A stretch of 64,000 nt of DNA from Nemertoderma westbladi (lineage: Eukaryota; Animalia; Xenacoelomorpha): positions 90,706 to 154,705 of the forward strand of contig JAUCBJ010000174.1 in NCBI GenBank assembly GCA_032718475.1, given 5' to 3'. The translations under genes and the position numbers were made by a program. The notes under the pieces are model-generated. The model saw only the letters and a program-made list of their open reading frames with translations. It ran no database searches and was not told where the DNA came from. Position 1 is the stretch's first letter. The number at the start of each line of letters is the position of its first letter. Below, in pieces: positions 59,401 through 64,000 of the stretch.

Positions 59401-62168
59401 CTTTATTCATTTAGGTTAGTCTAACAGTTCTAAGTCCAACTGTAATACAGTAATAGCCTACTGTAAATGGTCTAGGCTCCTCCATCCATATACCCATCCA
59501 CTCCAATACACACTCCATGAATCTCCATGTGGTCTTGTATGTATTTCTCTCTCTACCAATACAGCCCATGTCCACAATGTTACACCCTGAGGGCTCTCTC
59601 ATCTACCTGATATAAGACATATAGGCGCACCACACGCAAAGCTTTTGTTGGTCCCAGCAAGTCAGCCTCCTGTTGTGTTATCTAGAAGATAACTCGCCAT
59701 TGAATTAATGTAGTGACCTGCCAATCAGATGACTTAATCAAATGTGTTTGCATATGATCACATTTGATGAAATCTGCCTTTTCTGGTAGCCTGTACTGTA
59801 GAAGTAATTGGTACCCTCAATAATTCATTTAGTTTAATTTTGTTCACGAGCTGAGATATTTTATATGCTAGATATATTTTGTACATAATTTGATTTTGAT
59901 ACTATTGATTGAGATATTTTACATGCCAGGTGTCTTTCTGTACATAGTTTGAGTTTGCCCCTTTTGCCTTTGCCATTATGTCAGCTAAATGAATGGAAGC
60001 AGTGTTAACGCAAAGATGTTCTTTGCGGTTTCAGTTTACATATTTTTGCATGATTTAAGTTTAAAGTTCATTTTATATCGATAAAGTTGGTTTGGTCTGA
60101 TATGCATGGATTGTAACTTGACGCCATCTAGCGTCGTTATATATATATAGTTAACTGGACTTGAATGCCGAATTTGTGAGTCTAGGCAGCGTTACTGCGC
60201 ATTATTGTAGGGATATAAAGCATCAGGTTTCTTGCATTTCCAGCACTCTATTCATTTGACATTAATTGTTTAGTAGAGTCGCACTTATACATGTAAAGGG
60301 TAAAGCCCCAGTCAACTATAATTGACTGGTGATTATTACTTTTTCGTCTCTGTTATCTACAATAATTATACATTTGTTGGTTATAATTATTTGTTATAAT
60401 ATTTGACATTAAACTGGTAAATTCAATTTATTTGCTTCTGTTACTTGATTACTACTTCGCTGTTACATCGAGATCAAAGACATTTTCTAGACATCAAACC
60501 CAGGTAGGTCTCTATAGCCAAACATTATTGATAACCTGAACAATCATGTCAGACTTATATGTGTTGTCTTACCTCTAACTCAATAAATAATATGTGTTGT
60601 CTTACCTCTAACTCAATAAATAATTAATCTATGGTGATATTTCTGACCTGTAATGCAACGAAGCCCTTAATATTGATAACATCACAATTGAGCATTGCCA
60701 TAAATTGAATACCGTAGCGATTATAATAATATAAACAGATATAGAATAGTCGCAATACGTTTCCCCTAAAGGGAAACACAATTACCAGAATTGAGCCCTT
60801 ATGTAAATAATTAGTCAGACATTTACTTATTGTATTGTGCCACCATACACTCTCGGTACTGTATATTAGTGAAATATAATAGATTACCGTTATAGACTGA
60901 GCGAAACATTGAGCAAATCGATACAATTGTGGGGAAGAGGGAATAAGAGATTCACTTGAGCGGCCTACCATTGCAGGTAGTCTAGCGCCATTACCGTTTC
61001 AGTGTTTCAGACTGGGTGTTTTACTCACATTCTTACGTGCTCTACAAAACAATCGGAGAGAGTCAAAATATATAAAATAGGGGTTAAAAATGTATTTTTT
61101 GTCAAATGCGCTAACAGCCACGCTATACTCATAACTTTAACCACAATACTCCCCACCCCCCACCACATAACATTTGGAGATGGCACCTACCACATTTCCC
61201 CCAATGATTCCACCCTGCCACATATTCCCTACTCATCTCTCGCACACAAAACCCACAATACTCCCCTTTACCCAACATCGACTTGCTACACCTTCCACCA
61301 TTTTTCCCAAGCTCCCCATCAGATCTACTCCCTGCAACATTAATCCTTATCAAGTTAGTTGACCTGTACTTTCTCTTTTTTCTAATCACAGGAATCCAAT
61401 CTGCTCCCTCACAAACAGGCATCTCTACTTTCTCAACCTCACCATTACTCTTTACACAGTCTGATACCAGTATATCATTCAGATCAGTAAGTTTAATAGT
61501 AGGTCTCTCAGCTCAGCTCTCCGGGCAAATACCACATCCTGGTTTGCCATCAGATATGAGGCCCATCACCCATACCTACTCTGGCGCACATGACCCACCA
61601 TTGGCTGTACAGCTCATCTGCTGGGTCATGCCCTGTACCCCTGCTGTCAGGTGCAGGTCACAGTAAAGTACACTCAGAGTGGACATAAGAACACTCTACT
61701 ACTGAACAGCCATTGGTAGATCACAATCTGCTTGGCCAGGCCTTATACCCCTGCAGCCAAGTATATGGGTCCTTAATCCATGACTATATATCGAGAATGA
61801 TATTACTATACTGTAAGTCTAATATCTATAGTTCATTTGCTTTAAATGATGCCAGTAAAATATTGATTCATCGCATATACTGTAGAAGCAAGGAACATGA
61901 TGGCAGATGTCTATAATTTAACATTAGACAGTATGTACATACAAGCGAGTCAAGTAGAGAGCTTAAATAAAAATGGCAATAGATACATATATAACTCTAG
62001 TTTCAGATAGCTCTTTAAATACATATCCCAATAATAGTCCTAGTGAGTTTACTGTTGATTTAGCTGACGAATTATATGTTAGGCCAAAAGCTAAAATTGG
62101 GCTTGCTGAAATCCAATATCAAGCAACGTATTATTAATTATTAAGCAATTAAGTAATTATTAAGCGAT

Positions 62169-62490
62169 AGTCTTTGGCAATTTACTGTTCTTCCATTTGG
62201 TTCGAATAACTCACCACCAAAGTTTCAATGTGAATTGAAAGATACATTACAATCATTAAAACCACACGTTGCTCCTGCAAAAGTACCTCCTTATCTTGAT
62301 GACATTCTTGTTCCTGATAGAAGTTTAGATGAACATTTTATTTCATTGGAAAATATTTTATAAGATTATGGGATGACCAATTAAAACTTAACCCTGCAAA
62401 ATGTTATTTTGGCCGCAAGTCCATTCATGTTTTTGGTTTTGGAGATGGAAACATTCGTACTGATCCAAAGAAAGTTTCAGCTCAAAATGA
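62169..62490 (+). mobile_element. Ty3/Gypsy RT fragment
   Basis: WQFTVLPFGSNNSPPKFQ...YLDDILV...EH, then after a frameshift LKLNPAKCYF. Confidence 0.8.
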
Positions 62491-62499
62491 TTAAAAAGA

Positions 62500-63330
62500 A
62501 CCAAATGGGATGAGGTTTTCACTATCAGACAATTCGCCCTCTAGCGGCTGACTGTGGAACTGTAGATGACTCTACTACTCCGCAAAGATATAGCCTATGC
62601 TATAGTAGATGCCTACCAAGTTTCAGTCTAAAAGGATTGTAAATAACAAAGTTGGAGGAGATGTTAACTTTCAGACATTTCGCCCTCTAGCGGTAGACTG
62701 GGGAATTGTAGACGACTCTGCGACTCAGTAAAGATACAGCCTTTGCTGTAGTAGATGCCTACCAAGTTTCAGTCTAAACGGATTGTAAATAACAAAGTTG
62801 GAGAAGATGTTAACTCTCAGACATTTAGCCCTCTAGCGGTAGACTGGGGAATTGTAGACGACTCTGTGACTCAGTAAAGATACAGCCTTTGCTGTAGTAG
62901 ATGCCTACCAAGTTTCAGTCTAAACGGATTGTAAATAACAAAGTTGGAGAAGATGTTAACTCTCAGACATTTCGCCCTCTAGCGGTAGACTGGGGAATTG
63001 TAGACGACTCTGCGACTCAGTAAAGATACAGCCTTTGCTGTAGTAGATGCCTACCAAGTTTCAGTCTAAACGGATTGTAAATAACAAAGTTGGAGAAGAT
63101 GTTAACTCTCAGACATTTAGCCCTCTAACGGTAGACTGGGGAACTGTGGACAACTCAGTGACTCCGGAAATATACAGCCTATGCTGCTGCTGCAGTATAT
63201 AGCAACCAAGTTTCAGCTCAAAAGCATTAAAAACAACCCAATGAGATCAGGTTTTCAGTATCGAACAATTCGCCCTCTAGCGGCAGACGGTGGAACTTCA
63301 GACGGCTCTGAGTATTACGTTGCAACAAGT
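62500..63330. repeat. 146-bp tandem array (about 5.5 units), with a further partial unit at 63937-64000
   Basis: The motif (C/A)GCCCTCTAGCGG recurs at 62535, 62681, 62827, 62973, 63119 (variant), 63271 and 63937. Confidence 0.92.
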
Positions 63331-64000
63331 TAGGGCAAGACCTATCTAACGAGCTATAGTAAGCGAGATTTCATCGAGATTAGATGTATAATATTAGATA
63401 AAATAATAATACAGTAAGTATAGGCCTACAGAAATAATTATTTTACTTTTAATATTCATAACAGTAAAACAAAAATGTTATAAACCTCTCCTTTTCCATG
63501 CAGCCAATGATTGAGAAAGCAGAATTACTCTGAGCAATTCGCAACAGACAACCCAAACCCACCCCAATCAACACTCCAGCCTGCTTGCTCCTTATCTGTG
63601 CCCAGCCAGCTAGCTGCGAGTTCAATAATTACCTTAACGTTGCTATGATACAGAAAACAATCCTTCCCTATTCACTACAGCACTAAGAATAGGCCAATTC
63701 GATCGTGCTTGGCGAATATGACATATTTATACACTATTTGATTTTTAATCAATAAATAATCATACATATTTATATTAAACACTCGAATAAAATAAAAACT
63801 TTGTGAGAATGGGACACGGCGAATCTACCCATGTTAATTTTATACCAGGTGGGATAAATGTTAGCCCTCTAAATCATTAATTACCGATAGAAGAACCGAA
63901 ATAATTCGATAAATTTCGCCCGAAAATCACGAAAATCGCCCTCTAGCGGCAGACGGGGAACTTCAGACGGGTCTGAGTATTACGTTGCAACGAGTTAGGG

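Noticed and set aside
61002-61700. Overlapping ORFs in purine/pyrimidine-skewed DNA
   Set aside because: No recognisable motif and interrupted by stops. Possibly a LINE ORF1 relic, but unsupported.

Overview
Eukaryotic, AT-rich, almost entirely transposon-derived DNA, probably from an invertebrate animal. There are no prokaryotic features and no CRISPR array. Main contents: (1) a complete, young, non-autonomous BEL/Pao LTR element (3369-14546, minus strand) with 1.23-kb LTRs, a TGAGC TSD and an intact gag-protease ORF, but with RT/RNase H/integrase deleted; (2) two further decayed BEL/Pao elements and a related 5' LTR fragment; (3) a Penelope-like element whose direct repeats carry hammerhead ribozymes; (4) hATm-type DNA transposons; (5) several TTAA/CCC piggyBac-type non-autonomous elements; (6) Gypsy, LINE and SINE fragments, a fibrinogen-domain fragment and a 146-bp tandem array. 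The most notable observation is an accessory gene family seen twice, each time just upstream of a polypurine tract (4678-6486 and 38276-42118). The longer copy encodes a DnaQ/DEDDy-like 3'-5' exonuclease fused to CCHC zinc knuckles and a basic RS/P-rich tail. Several structured-RNA candidates also occur: a higher-order array at 1-790, a long hairpin at 6557-6680 and a covarying duplicate at 7310-7600. All calls come from reading the sequence by eye; no searches or folding programs were run.
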